A DNA stretch of 64,000 nucleotides, from assembly GCA_030704615.1 (NCBI GenBank), contig CM060731.1:83762001-83826000 (forward strand), in the 5' to 3' direction. Below, one piece after another: positions 1 to 12,365 of the stretch (the first letter of the stretch is position 1; every line of letters begins with the position of its first letter). Under the pieces are notes generated by a model that saw only the letters and a program-made list of their open reading frames with translations, did not search any database and was not told the origin of the DNA. The stretch is from Takakia lepidozioides (taxonomy: Eukaryota > Plantae > Bryophyta). The position numbers and the translations under genes are program-made.

Positions 1-1668
1 GGTGGCACACAACAAGTCTCTGGCGGAGCAGAAGGGGAAAGCCAAGAAGAGGGCTGCCGGTACAGAGCCTAAAGACACCCCTGGTTTTGAAGCCATGATG
101 GAATTCTTCACGGCTGTGAGCACGAATTGCAAGAGCACTCGGGGGGGGGGTTGAGGTGGAGAGAGCTTGCGACATGATTCTCCTCGACATTCCAGATGGG
201 GAGCTGCTGGAGGGCCTGGATGGTGTGCCCACCTGGAACAGGTTTACTGAGGACTACTGGAAAGCCGGGTTTGGGCTGGCGGGGATGCTTCTGGATGACG
301 GTGGATGTGTGGTTGTCCTTGCCACGAGAGGGAAGACCACAGAGAATGCGGTGGCAAGGTGGACACCGAAAAGTGTCACCCCGGTCCTCCTCAGAAAATG
401 GTTCTGCATCAGTACGCAGGGGTTGCGAACAGAGGGCCAAAGTGTAAGTTATCAATCTATTGCATTCACTTCATATTGTGGTGTATGTTAAGTAGACCCT
501 GGAATTGATCCCTTCTTTGTTGGATGTGCAGACATTGGTGTTTGAGGCATATTGCTTTGTGAAGAGAGGGTCTACGTTCAAATTCCGCAACGACGGTCGT
601 CTTGTTGATGCCGCTGTGGACCCTGTAACCTACGATGTCCTCTACAACTATGTGCCCCACTCTAGTATGCCGAAGGACACAAAGACAGGCAAACCGTGGC
701 GGTACAGCCGGACCCGAAGCCCTGCTTTCATCCAAACCCTCATGGAGACGTGCTCGGATGTCCAAGGGCGGATTCTGGACCTCACATGCGGCACGGGTAA
801 GCCTTCACGTGCTCAGTTTGTCCCCTGGCCCCATTGCAATTGCATGCCGCAAGCTATTAACCGCCCGCTTTGTTCCTCAGGTGCTTCAATGTGGGCAGGG
901 ACGTTGTCCGACAGGCATGTGTTCGCCTTCGAGCCAGATACTGCCCTCCACAACTCGGAACTTGCAGCGGCTGAACGTCTGCCGAAAGAGGAAGAGGCAT
1001 CCTCGGAGGATGAGGAAAAATCCGAGAAGGAGCAGGGGGAGGAAGTTGGGATCGAGGCCGAGGAGCCCCCGGTTTACGAGTGAGTGGTGGCATTGTAAGT
1101 TGCCTCCAGATTTTGTGAGGCACCTCCCTCCGCTCTCTTATTTCATTGAAAACCCTTTCTGGTTGTGCTGGTATTGACATTCTTCAAGTGGATTTGTTCT
1201 TACTGTAGGATGCCAAGTACTGCCGGAGGGACGTCTACACCGGAGTTCATGGGCAGGAGGAACGTGCCTTTTTTTGCCAGGGGAGATTTCATGCCTAGTC
1301 CAGAAAGGGAGTACATCCTGCCTACTTATGCTGCCCGGCTTGCTTCGGTGTCCATTAGGAGGTGTTCCGAACGTAGTCGTGTACAGCAGATTTTAGACGA
1401 GGCAAGCCTCAAGAAAATGAAGATGAGGGAGGAGGCAGCAGCTATTAGAGCCCGTCGGGCTCGTAGATTTGTGTTGGATTCTGCTGAGGAAAGTGGGGGA
1501 GAAGACGCAGAAGATTCCCAGGAGGTGAGGTGGACAGTCCCCCAAGGAGAGGACGGGATTTTTGAGAGGCATAGTGGAACTGATGCATCACAGAGCTCGG
1601 AGGATGAGGGGGATGAGGGGGATGAGGAAGAAGGTGGGGCAAGTTCCTCGGAGGGTGTAGGAGAGTAG
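1..1668 (+). pseudogene. 3' exons of a spliced gene with a beta-class N6A/N4C DNA methyltransferase-like domain (exons about <1-443, 532-796, 881-1079, 1209-1668)
   Basis: Spliced translation gives CDMILLDIPDG (motif IV position), LAGMLLDDGGCVVV, RSPAFIQTLMETCS (motif X-like), GRILDLTCGTGAS (SAM-binding motif I) and DRHVFAFE. GT-AG introns lie at the same positions as in the 17475-19421 copy. A 10-G run at 141-150 shifts the frame (mutation or sequencing error). Confidence 0.7.
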
Positions 1669-1889
1669 TGCCCATTCCGGCTATGACAGTTAGAACACAC
1701 TTGTATAGACGTGGCTTGCCACAAAATTTGCAATAAAATGTTGCATTTTAAGTCCACTGGTGTCACATTCCAACTTCACATGACCCTATTTCCGTGCCTC
1801 CTAACCCTATTTCCGTGGACTCACAATGGTCTGCTCATGCTTTTTTTTTTTCCGCTCATGCTCATGCCGCTCATGAAATAGCAGCCCCC
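1..1889 (+). mobile_element. Right part of a Mutator-like (MULE) element of the ParB-MTase family, ending in terminus type B
   Basis: Ends in CTCATG-type repeats followed by GCTCATGAAATAGCAGCCCCC, the same terminus seen at 23026 and (reverse complement) at 35183. Contains a diverged homolog of the 17475-19421 gene. Confidence 0.8.
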
Positions 1890-2851
1890 CACGGGAGTAC
1901 AGTCGGGCTATGATTATGCCCTTCAACCAAATTCCCATTGTGTTGGATTTGGCTTGGAAGGAATTTAGTCCTCCGCAATCGTTGGCACATTACTATCAAA
2001 TCATGTGCATTTGGCTGCCAGTGGCAACTAGGACTAAAGTTCTTCCGAACAATCGACCAATTGAGGATCATCACTTTGCGCAGTACTGGCATGAGGCAAG
2101 TACCATGTTGAAGGAATTAATTGCCTTCCAAGTTGTACATGGATTCATTTATACCAAGACCAAAGAGGTAGCAAGTATTGTCATGGGCTGCGGGTTATAC
2201 TACGCTGCTTGTTTTCTGGTACGTTATCACATTGAGCAGCAGAAGATGCAAACGCGCTTTCTGAGTTATTCCAGTGGGGATCATTGGGTCTTACCTTCAG
2301 TGCCACCTCATATGTACCTATATGAGGCAAAAGTTATGATGTAAAAGGATTCTCAGATTCGTTCATGGTTTCATGCGGCCTGGAACAATTTGTCAACACA
2401 TAAATTCGGGCCTGACGATATTTTCTTTAAGGGACATGAGGCATGGAAATATTTGCACAATTCACAAGTCATTGGTACCCCACTCACCTGGACAGACAAG
2501 GAGCTCAGGGTCTTCACCAATTTTGCAATTCAGCGCTTACAACAAGTTTTACAGTTTAAACTTCCAGACATGGTGGGACAACATTGTATGCCCCAGAGAA
2601 TTCTAGTTAAAGTTCGACAGTTAAAACACCTCAGGGGGGACGAGGATTCTGATACAACTGTTTCTTCAGCGGACTCCTTTGACATGGCAGAGAAGAAGCG
2701 ACGGGGTCTCCTATGCCTGAGAGATTACCTCGATATCAGCCTCCAGAGGGACTAACATATCCAGATAGTGTTCAATCATCTCCCTCAACCAGTGACAGGA
2801 CCAGTCACAGCCCGTCACAGTTTCACACAGCCAGTCACAGCTTGACACAGC
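1890..2851 (+). mobile_element. Fragment of the 3' region of a Ty3/gypsy element related to 11675-15651
   Basis: 2668-2800 aligns by eye with about 15158-15310. 2800-2851 has the same CACAGC repeats as the LTR at 15558-15651. Confidence 0.6.
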
Positions 2852-3528
2852 TGTCACGACCATAGGGAACGGATAGCAGGACAGGGAACGACTGTGGGGA
2901 ACAACATCTGCGAATAGAACATGTTAGCTCACGGATGACGGTTAGTGAGGGAAACGGTTAGAACAACGGGTAGGAAGATAAAGCCAGGAGCGAGGACTGG
3001 AAAAAGATCACTTCTTGGGGAATCACTTGGGGAAGGAGTGGGGGCACTTCGGGGGAAATCAGAACTTGGAAATGAAGCGGAGAGCGCATCTCTGAGGAGA
3101 AAGAGGGAGAGCACGGAGTAGGAGGAGAACGATCTGTTGATACTTGCTGAATGCAAGAAGTAGAGTTGTAATGTAGAGCACAATAGAGATACCATGGCTT
3201 CAGCCTGATACTTGATAGATATTAATCTGATACATACTTCATACTCACACTGTGTAGAGAGATCTGAGTGAAGCTGTGGAATGAATGGATGAGTTGATGG
3301 AATCCGATAGATTGTTGAAGCAAACTGATACTTAAATACCAACAGTAAGGTAACTAGCTAACATGAATGCGGGAAGGAAAACAAATAGGAAACACCCCCA
3401 TGATACACTAGCTGTAGGTCATGACTGATTGTTCTGAGCGGGCTGAAAGCTTAGAGATTTCCAACTCTTCTATCTTGGAGTTCCTGCCTCGGATAGCGAA
3501 GGGATGGGTGAGTAAAAGCCGCGCGACA
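2852..3528. repeat. Isolated LTR-like sequence (about 677 bp)
   Basis: Starts TGTCACG and ends CGCGACA, i.e. TG...CA with short inverted termini and the same 3' end as the chromovirus LTR. The flanks do not form a TSD. Confidence 0.5.
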
Positions 3529-4829
3529 CATGACCAAGATGCAAAACGGAAATGCGGCGCCGTATTTCCGTCCAGTAGCAATCGAAAGTATCACTCCGGA
3601 CGGAAATGCGGAACCTCATTTCCGCATGCGGAACCTGAATGGGTTGCATTGTTCCGAAACAACACAATTGCGGCCAGTCTTGATGAGCACAACTTGGTTG
3701 TCTGACCGTTTTAACTAACAGTACTGGCACTTGTCAGTGCAAACGTTCCTGTCTGCACCGAGAATACTGCTGGATCCACCCTCAGGAGAAACTGTCAGGA
3801 GATGTTATTTCGTCGCCAAATCGGCCATCATTGTCTAACTTACTGGCTATGGAAGCACACCTCCCACCTTCATGCATGTAGCTTGAAACAATACTTTCCA
3901 CTTCAATGTGCGACTTCCAATCGTCGATGGACTCCACATGGTGCCTGTGAGCCTTGGTCTGTCGCTATACTGAACCTTGAACTTGCCAACTTCGTGCGGT
4001 CTTCGATGGCTCCTAATTCCTACGCTATAGTTTGCTGTCCTCCGCAACTTGGGAGAGCCTGGATCCCAAACGAGGGAGGACTTTGCAGAGTGACTGAAAC
4101 TTATCTTTGTTCCAAATTCAAGCTCAAACCGGGCACAGTTTATTTGGAAGAAGAAAGGAAGGATGTTCCTGGACAGGTTGACGAGACCATTGTCGTGCTA
4201 GGTAACGACGGAGGTTGCGGAATCGAATGGCACGTACCCCCATCAGACACCATCCTGTACCGAGCTGTGGGAATGCCCATTCCCTTTCCGAATTAGTCGC
4301 TGCCCACACCATCCACAAAGTAGTCCGGAAACCGACAGGCGGCCACTGCCAACAGAGAGGTATGCAATGATAATCATTCCCGACCTGGACCGTCAAGACC
4401 CTCCATAGCTTCTCGTGTGGACGTATTCGACATTTCCGACAATGAAGATGAGTGCATTGAGGTCCCCATGTCCTCCACACGGTCGTTCAAATCCGAGATG
4501 GACGTCTCTGCAGGTGCTACGCATGTACCCTCGAGCATAACTCCAACCCGGTCCATTGTGCAGCTCCTACGGCAACATCACCTCGATGGTTCTCGCTCCG
4601 AGCTGGCTGCTCTCGACTATGCCAAATTTCCAATCAGGAAGGTAACGTATCTGCCTCCCGAAGTCGATGGCAATGTCATCTTCGAGTTTCCACCTGTTAC
4701 TTCCTCAAACAAAGCCTCAGGGATGTTAACAGACATGGATCGAAAGCATGACGGACACCCCTGGTGTGTGACGAAGACCAGTAGCACGAAAATTGCTGAT
4801 GGTGTTCGTGTACGATACGTCCTCTGTGC
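3529..4829 (+). pseudogene. 5' fragment of the GCM-MULE transposase gene plus the edge of its palindrome array (truncated copy)
   Basis: Near-identical to the reverse complement of about 59268-60560. Has in-frame stops (4294, 4321) and ends at YVLCA, where it is fused to an LTR. Confidence 0.85.
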
Positions 4830-5538
4830 TTGAGGGCAGGGGGCTCGGGACACAAGAGGGGCTGCCCCTGTGGTGGGGGCAGTAGCAGCGATAGGTACGG
4901 GGGCTGAAGCACCCTTGAGTGCCCAAGGCACTCAAGGAGGCGGAGGCGCTCACTAGGTGGAGCCCCGCACACCGGGTTGCGGTGGGGGTGGCTCCACAAG
5001 GGGTGGTGGTAGCTCAGCGGGACTTAGTGGGGGTGGCATAGGACTCACCATGGGGTGGAGACCTCGAGGTGGGAGTCGTGGGGAGTCTTGGGACTCATCA
5101 CGGTCCATTGGGGCCACGGTGAGTGGGCCAAGACTCACCGCGACTCACCACCGGGAATCGAGGGTCTTCGTGGTGGTTCGCCATAAAATGGCATGGCTGG
5201 TTGTGAAACCCCCGCGGACAGCTACAGAAGTATATATAGGGAGTAGTAACCCCGAGAACGGTGCAAGCCCGTTGGTGACCAAAAACTAGTGAGTAAGCGA
5301 GCGAGCCGGAAAGCGACCAAAGAGTGGGGAGCTGTTCCGGACTGCCAACTACCAAAGGGAATTCCCACTGGTTCCAAATCGGTGGAGGGTTCTTTGGGAG
5401 AACAAAGGGGGACCGTTATGCCCCGGTGAGCAGCCGAAGCTCCAAGTTGGCCCGGCGGCCAGGTTGGAAGTCAGGCGCGCGCATCAAAGCGAGTAACTAT
5501 GACTTGAGGGGGAGCTTACCGAAGGGAGGTGCGCGACA
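4830..5538 (+). repeat. 5' LTR (3' part only)
   Basis: Matches the last ~710 bp of the 3' LTR with scattered differences and ends GCGCGACA. Confidence 0.92.
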
Positions 5539-5540
5539 CT

Positions 5541-5552
5541 TGGTATCAGAGC
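5541..5552 (+). promoter_or_regulatory. Primer binding site (initiator tRNA-Met)
   Basis: TGGTATCAGAGC, 2 nt after the LTR end. Confidence 0.92.
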
Positions 5553-5593
5553 TTAGAGTTCAGTACGCGATCGTCCTTGGGGTTGGCCTCATC

Positions 5594-7210
5594 ATGGGGT
5601 CGGGCAAGCCAAAGCGAAAGCGGAACGGCCCAAAAGATGATGACCCTGGTGAGCCCGATGGGGGCGACGTGTCACCGAGGCGGCCGTTTGAGGAAGCGAT
5701 GCATGCTTCTGAAAATGAGGCCGCTCAAGAGCAGGAGGAATCTGAGGAGTCGGAGCCCGAGGAATCCTTGAGAGCTCCGACAAACCAACAGATGCCTCCC
5801 ATGCCGGCAGTCTTTTGGGAAGGGTTGCTGGCGCAGTTTGGCGGGACGTTGAAAGACGTGTTGAAGGCGGCTAATGCCACTTCCACTAAGGCAAAGTTTA
5901 AGGTGAAGCCTAAGGAACCCGGCACCTTCGAGGGCGTCCGAAATCGGAAGGCACTCAACACCTGGCTCCTGGAGCTAGAGCAGTACTTCCGGGCGGCCAA
6001 GTTGAGTGACGAGGATCGGGTGGAAGTGGCTCCCACCTATTTGAGGGGCTATGCTCAACAATGGTGGCAGAAACGCCTTCATGACCGAGGTCCAAGCCCT
6101 GAAACCTTGGCCTGGAGTGGGTTCAAGGAATTGATGAAGAGACAGTTTGTGCCCCTCAACGCGTCCTGGCTTGCCCGGGACAAGATGAGGAATTTGAAGC
6201 AAACAGATGACATTCGGGGGTATGTCCAGGCTTTCAATGTGCTGTTGCTCGAAGTCGCGGACATGGCAGAACCAGAAATGGTCTTCAACTTTGTGGCGGG
6301 ACTGGCCCCATGGGCCAGGCGGAAGTTGGAGGAGAAGCCACCCAAGACTTTGAACGAGGCAATTGAGAGGGCTGAATGTTTCTCGGATGTCCCTAAGGGT
6401 GAGAGACAAGGCCGTACGGAGCTGAACCACAAGAAGACCCGGCGGGAAGGTGACTCCTTCCGACCGGAAAAGAAGTGGGATAGGCCACGCGGCGACAATG
6501 GCACGTGGAAATCGAAGGGAGGGCCTTCACACGTCAAGGCGGCACCCGGTGCTTCGAAAGGAAAAGCGGGTGGAGCGGCTTATGGCGGACAGAAGGCGAC
6601 CTTTGATGGAGTGTGTTTCAATTGCGGGGAGCCCGGGCACATGGCCAAGAAGTGCACAAAACCTCGACAATTGAACATGACTCGGGCAACCACGGAGCTG
6701 TCGGAAGATACCATCAGTCGCTTGGTGGAAGCGGTGGTCGCCAGGACTTGCAAGGTAGGCAACTATTCTTGTGAGTTGTATCAGGAAACTGGCGCCCTGC
6801 GTAAAGGGAGTCAGTTATTGTTCGTGGATGGGATAATATCCGGAACTAACGTGTCATTGTTGGTGGACATAGGAGCGTCGCACTCCTTCATGACGCCGGC
6901 GGCGGCGCGAAAGTTGGGACTCCCGACAAGTGACGTGGGGGCCTCTATTGAGGTGCGTTCTGCCAAAGGAGAACCACAGTTGGCGACAAGGTTGGCGTTT
7001 GATGTTCCTCTTCAACTGGGGAGTTGGGAGGGACGTGAGAACTTCACCATCTGCGAGATCGATGGAGTGGATCTCATTTTGGGGATGACCTTTTTGAGCA
7101 AATCCGGAGCGGTCATAGATGGCCGCAAGAGAGTAGTCACGCTGCCATGTGGAATGGTGGCGAGGTTTTACGAGTGTCGAAAACGCCCAAATCCGTGGGA
7201 GGGCGAATAA
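5594..7210 (+). CDS. gag: Gag plus aspartic protease
   Basis: Retrotransposon gag-like helical region ([10 protein letters not shown]), zinc knuckle [14 protein letters not shown], protease motif [10 protein letters not shown]. Confidence 0.88.
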   Translation: MGSGKPKRKRNGPKDDDPGEPDGGDVSPRRPFEEAMHASENEAAQEQEESEESEPEESLRAPTNQQMPPMPAVFWEGLLAQFGGTLKDVLKAANATSTKAKFKVKPKEPGTFEGVRNRKALNTWLLELEQYFRAAKLSDEDRVEVAPTYLRGYAQQWWQKRLHDRGPSPETLAWSGFKELMKRQFVPLNASWLARDKMRNLKQTDDIRGYVQAFNVLLLEVADMAEPEMVFNFVAGLAPWARRKLEEKPPKTLNEAIERAECFSDVPKGERQGRTELNHKKTRREGDSFRPEKKWDRPRGDNGTWKSKGGPSHVKAAPGASKGKAGGAAYGGQKATFDGVCFNCGEPGHMAKKCTKPRQLNMTRATTELSEDTISRLVEAVVARTCKVGNYSCELYQETGALRKGSQLLFVDGIISGTNVSLLVDIGASHSFMTPAAARKLGLPTSDVGASIEVRSAKGEPQLATRLAFDVPLQLGSWEGRENFTICEIDGVDLILGMTFLSKSGAVIDGRKRVVTLPCGMVARFYECRKRPNPWEGE

Positions 7211-10065
7211 ACCTTCTGTCAGCAAAGGAGTGGGCCGTGGAGGAGGCACACGAGCCCCAATTTTTGCTTTACATTAGAGAAGTGAAAGGAGAAGGCGATG
7301 GGGAGCCGAGCCCAGATTGGATCAAGGGGATTTTGGAGAAATACCAGGATGTGATGCCGGAGGATTTACCAAGCGGCTTGCCACCGCGAAGAGGAGTTGA
7401 CCACAAAATTGAGGTGATACCGGGATCGGAACCGCCTGCCAAGGCGCCCTACCGGTTGAGCCACAGAGAGTTGGTCGAGCTGAAGACTCAGCTCAAGGAT
7501 CTAATGTCAAAGGGGTACATCCGGCCGAGTAAGTCACCTTACGGAGCCCCGGTGCTATTTGCAGACAAGAAGGATGGGACGCTGCGGATGTGTGTCGATT
7601 ACAGGGCTCTGAATAAGGTGACTATCAAAAACCGGTACCCTTTGCCAAGGATCGACGACCTCTTCGATCGGTTGGCAGGAGCGAAGTATTTCAGCCGGAT
7701 CGACTTGCGCTCCGGCTATCACCAAATTCGGGTGGCGGAAGGAGATGAGGAGAAGACCGCGTGCAGGACAAGGTATGGTTCATATGAGTTCTTGGTGATG
7801 CCTTTTGGGCTCACCAATGCACCAGCGACCTTTAGCACGCTAATGAACAGCCTTTTTCAGGAGTGGTTGGATGACTTTGTGATCGTGTACATCGACGACA
7901 TCTTGGTGTACTCGAAAACAAAGGAGGAGCACCTGGAGCACCTCAAAAGGGTGTTCCAAAAATTGCGAGAAGGGAAGCTGTATGCCAAAGCTTCAAAGTG
8001 CGAATTCGGGGTCACAAAAGTGGAGTTCCTGGGGCATGTGATTACACAGGATGGGATCAAAATGGATGACAGAAAGGTGAGGGCGATCTTGGACTGGGAG
8101 CCTCCGACTTCGGTCCCGGGAGTGCGATCCTTCCTAGGACTCGCCTCCTATTACCGGAAGTATGTGAGAAATTTCGCCAAGATCGCGGGGCCGCTGTCGG
8201 ACCTTCTGTGTAAATCCAAAGTCTGGGTATGGAACACATTTTGTGGCCAAGCTTTTGCTGAATTGAAGCAGCAGATGGCGGAAGCTCCAGTCTTGAAAAT
8301 CCCGGAGTTCGATCGTCCGTTCGAGATACATACAGATGCGTCGGACTTCGCGATTGGGGGTGTACTTATGCAAGATGGACGTCCAGTGGCTTACGAAAGT
8401 AAGAAACTGAATGAAGTGGAGCGACGGTGGCCGACGCACGAAAAAGAGATGAAGGCGGTGGTGCATTGCCTTGAGCTCTGGCGCCACTATGTTGGTTCCA
8501 ACCCAGTGAAGGTGTTCACGGACAATGTCACGGTGAAGTATTTTGCCACGCAGCCCAAGTTGTCCCCAAAACAACTTAGGTGGCAAGATACTTTGGCGGT
8601 GTTTGACGTGGATATCCAGTACAAACCGGGACGAGACAACGTGGTGGCCGATGCTTTAAGTAGAAAGCAGCAGCTCTGGTTGGTGTACGAGGGCGAGACG
8701 GCGCTCCAAAGGAAGATCCGGAAGGCTTGCCGGAAGGATGAGCTGGCGAAGTCCGTGATGCAGGACTTGAGGATGGGGGTTAAATCGCAGTTCCACTTGC
8801 AAAATGGACTGCTCCGGTATAAGCAAAACCGTCTCTACGTGCCGAAGGGAGGGATCAGGGATAGTCTCTTGAGAGAATGCCATCATAGCCCGCTTGCGGG
8901 CCACGGCGGAGCCAAGCGCACTGCGGCACTCTTGAAGAAAGAGTATTTCTGGCCCAAACTGAGGGAGGAGGCAGAGGAGTATGTCAAGACATGCACCACA
9001 TGCCAACAAAACCGGAGCGAGTACAAAAAGCAAGCGGGGCTGTTACAACCCTTGCCGATTCCAGAGGGGACTTGGGAAAGCGTCTCGATGGATTTCATGA
9101 CTGCTATGCCGCTGTCAAAAGGATTCGATGCAATCATGGTGGTGGTAGATAGGTTCAGTAAAATGGGCCATTTCATCCCCACCAAGGAGACGGCAACGGC
9201 GCAGGAGACAGGGCGACTTTACTTCGCCCACGTCTTAAAGCATCATGGAGTCCCGAAGGATATTGTCTCGGACCGCGATCCAAAGTTTACGAGTAAATTT
9301 TGGAGGGCACTTTGGAAGAAGATAGGGACGAGGCTGAAGATGAGCACCGCCTTCCGACCTCCGACCGACGGCCAAACAGAAAGAGTGAATTCCGTAGTGA
9401 AGCAGATCTTGCGGAATTACGTGTCGGCAGACCAAACAGACTGGGTGGAACACTTAGACGCGGCAGAGTTCTGTTATAATAACACAGAACACTCCGCAAC
9501 GGGAGTTTCCCTTTTGTATTGGTCTATGGAAAAGCACCTCTGGTGCCGACAAGTTGGGCCGCCCAGGACGTTGAGGAACCGGCAGTAGCGGCGGTACTGA
9601 AAGAACGCGAGCGTTTGTTGAAGCTCGCAAAGTACAACATTGCCAAAGCTAGGAAACGGTATGAAAGGCAGGCGAATCAAAAGCGGACCGTATGCGGGAC
9701 CCTTTCGCATTCGGAAGGTTATGAATGAGGATGTGTATGAATTGGAGCTGCCGGAAAACATCAAGGTGCACCCAGTATTCCATGTCTCCCTTTTGAAGCC
9801 TTATTTCAAAGATGAAGCGCGTCCGAATCGGCATCAAGTGTTGCGTCCGCCACCTATGCTGTTGGATCATCAAAATGAACCTGAGTACGAGGTGGAGGCA
9901 ATACTTAAGTCGAGGAGGTTCAAGAACCAAGAAACTGAGTATCTCGTCAAATGGAAGGGCTATCATCATGTGGAGGCATCTTGGGTGCGTGCCTCAGAAA
10001 TGGGAAACGCATCCGAGGCGGTTGCATCTTTCGAAGGGCGACCTCAAAAGCGGAAGAAGCGTTGA
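7147..10065 (+). pseudogene. pol: Pol: reverse transcriptase, RNase H, integrase and chromodomain (frameshifts near 9515 and 9690)
   Basis: YIDD, TDAS, HHCC zinc finger, integrase SMDF/SDRD core, GPF motif and chromodomain EYEVEAIL...YLVKWKGY, spread across three frames. Confidence 0.92.
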
Positions 10066-10099
10066 TGGGGACATCAACCTTGGAGCGTGGGGGAGGAAA

Positions 10100-11674
10100 T
10101 GCATGCTTAGCCCGGCTTAACTAGCTTAGGAATCCGATTGCAAAAACTTGTATTGTACAAAACGTGCTATAAATGAAATGGATTCCAAATGTTGTGCGTC
10201 CTATTTTGTTTGGAATGGTGATGCATGGTGTGTTGGCTAGTGTGTAGAATGCATGCTAGCTTATAAAAGTGGGAGAGGTAAATTGGGTTAATCGTGTGTT
10301 TGCGTAGTGCCGAAATCGGGTGACCCCCATCCAAGGGGCAAGGAAACTTGCGCCTTCTTTGGGAGTTCACGTGCTAGTGCGCACCTGGCGTGTGCGCGTA
10401 CTATAACTTTGTAGTGCGGGCTAACGCGGAAGCTACGTGCTTCCGTTCACGTACTATAATCGTGTAGCCTCGGGACGAAGTCGTAGTGCGGCTTTCGGCG
10501 TGTTCCCGTACCTCAGGCCAGCATTCCAAGGCGGACCCAATTGTAGTGATTGGGGCGCACGGTTGGTTCAAGGTTATCTTCCTAGTCAAAGAGGGTTCCA
10601 GGGAACCCTTGCTCAAGGTGATGCCAAAAGCGGCATCATGAGCAGTCGCAAGCAATGTTGTTGCAGTAAGGCGATTCGATCCTCGGGGAGGATCATTCCT
10701 TGGCCTTGAAGTAGGCCAAGAAGAGTGCACTGGGAGGAGCTTGAGAGGCTCCACCCTTGGCCGGGACTTGGAGGAAGTCGGCCGAACTAGCTAGTGGAGA
10801 GTAGAGTCAAGTGTGGGGTTTGGTTCTTTGCCATGGGACGCCATGGTACGGAAACAAACTCCTTGATGTGGGACGCCACAACTTGGATGTTGTTTCTACA
10901 AAATGGACAAGTCGATGAGGACATCGACTCCCTGTTGGTAGGGGTGTGTGTCGCGGCCCTTTGCCTTGAGGGCAGGGGGGTCGGGACACAAGAGGGGCTG
11001 CCCCTGTGGTGGGGGCAGTAGCAGCGATAGGTACGGGGGCTGAAGCACCCTTGAGTGCCCAAGGCACTCAAGGAGGCGGAGGCGCTCACTAGGTGGAGCC
11101 CCGCACACCGGGTTGCGGTGGGGGTGATTCCACAAGGGGTGGTGGTAGCTTAGCGGGACTTAGTGGGGGTGGCATAGGACTCACCATGGGGTGGAGACCT
11201 CGAGGTGGGAGTCGTGGGGAGTCTTGGGACTCATCACGGTCCATTGGGGCCGCGGTGAGTGGGCCAAGACTCACCGCGACTCACCACCGGGAATCGAGGG
11301 TCTTCGTGGTGGTTCGCCATAAAATTGGCATGGCTGGTTGTGAAACCCCCGCGGACAGTTACAGAAGTATATATAGGGAGTAGTAACCCCGAGAACGGTG
11401 CAAGCCCGTTGGTGACCAAAAACTAGTGAGTAAGCGAGCGAGCCGGAAAGCGACCAAAGAGTGGGGAGCTGTTCCGGACTGCCAACTACCAAAGGGAATT
11501 CCCGCTGGTTCCAAATCGGTGGAGGGTTCTTTGGGAGAACAAAGGGGACCGTTATGCCCCGGTGAGCAGCCGAAGCTCCAAGTTGGCCCGGCGGCCAGGT
11601 TGGGAGTCAGGCGCGCGCATCAAAGCGAGTAACTATGACTTGAGGGGGAGCTTACCGAAGGGAGGTGCGCGACA
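10100..11674 (+). repeat. 3' LTR (about 1.57 kb)
   Basis: Follows the purine tract GGGGGAGGAAA, starts TG and ends GCGCGACA. Confidence 0.85.
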
Positions 11675-12365
11675 CAGAGAGTACATCACCCATACCGTAA
11701 GAACTAGAGTTGGATGCCACTCCTTCTTTTTCTTTGCAAGAAAGATTAAGGGAATTGGTATGGGAAGAAGATCAACCACGAGGTGACAGATCTGAGGTAC
11801 ATCCCTGGATAAAAGATTTGACAGAAATCTTTGATAAGAGTGGCATGGAACACCAAAAGCGGGAACTCCAGTTGAAACGGAAGGTGAAGAAGGAGGAGAG
11901 GATGTGGCAAAGCCAACGGAGAGTTCAGACTCTCCAACACCATTGCAGTTGAGTTACATGAGTGAAGAAGAAACCCAAGGGCAGAACTTGGAGGATGAAA
12001 ACAGAGAGAAGAAATTGGAAGAGGAAGAGTATGAAGAAGTAGACCCAACAGTTGAGGTTGAGACTACAACCAGGACATCCCAACCCGTTGGACTTCGAGC
12101 AAGTGGAGCACTTGGACCACATGCCAACGAAGGTGTCGGCTCAGGGGGATCAGGCGGGCAACTTGGATCTGGCTCTGGGGGGACAAGGAGTGTGGGAAGT
12201 AGTGCAACTGGAGCTGGGAATACTGTGAATATCGTGGGGCCAGTAGCAGGGAGTGCTCAGGGGCCACCACTGGGTGGAAGATCCACCACAACTACAATAG
12301 GTCCTCAAGGACCAGCACCAGCAAGGGGGCCAACATCTGTCAGTGGGCAGAAGGTAGGGCCATAG

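Larger units (their letters stand above)
4830..11674 (+). mobile_element. Ty3/gypsy chromovirus LTR retrotransposon (5' LTR truncated)
   Basis: Direct repeats 4830-5538 and about 10965-11674, PBS TGGTATCAGAGC, domain order gag-PR-RT-RH-IN-chromodomain, and a purine tract before the 3' LTR. Confidence 0.95.

Noticed and set aside
1-1668. Bacterial contamination as the source of the ParB and MTase motifs
   Set aside because: The motifs are split by conserved GT-AG introns and lie within transposon termini interleaved with plant retroelements.
10401-11632. Short ORFs inside the LTRs (also 4957-5355)
   Set aside because: GC-rich LTR sequence with no domain motifs.
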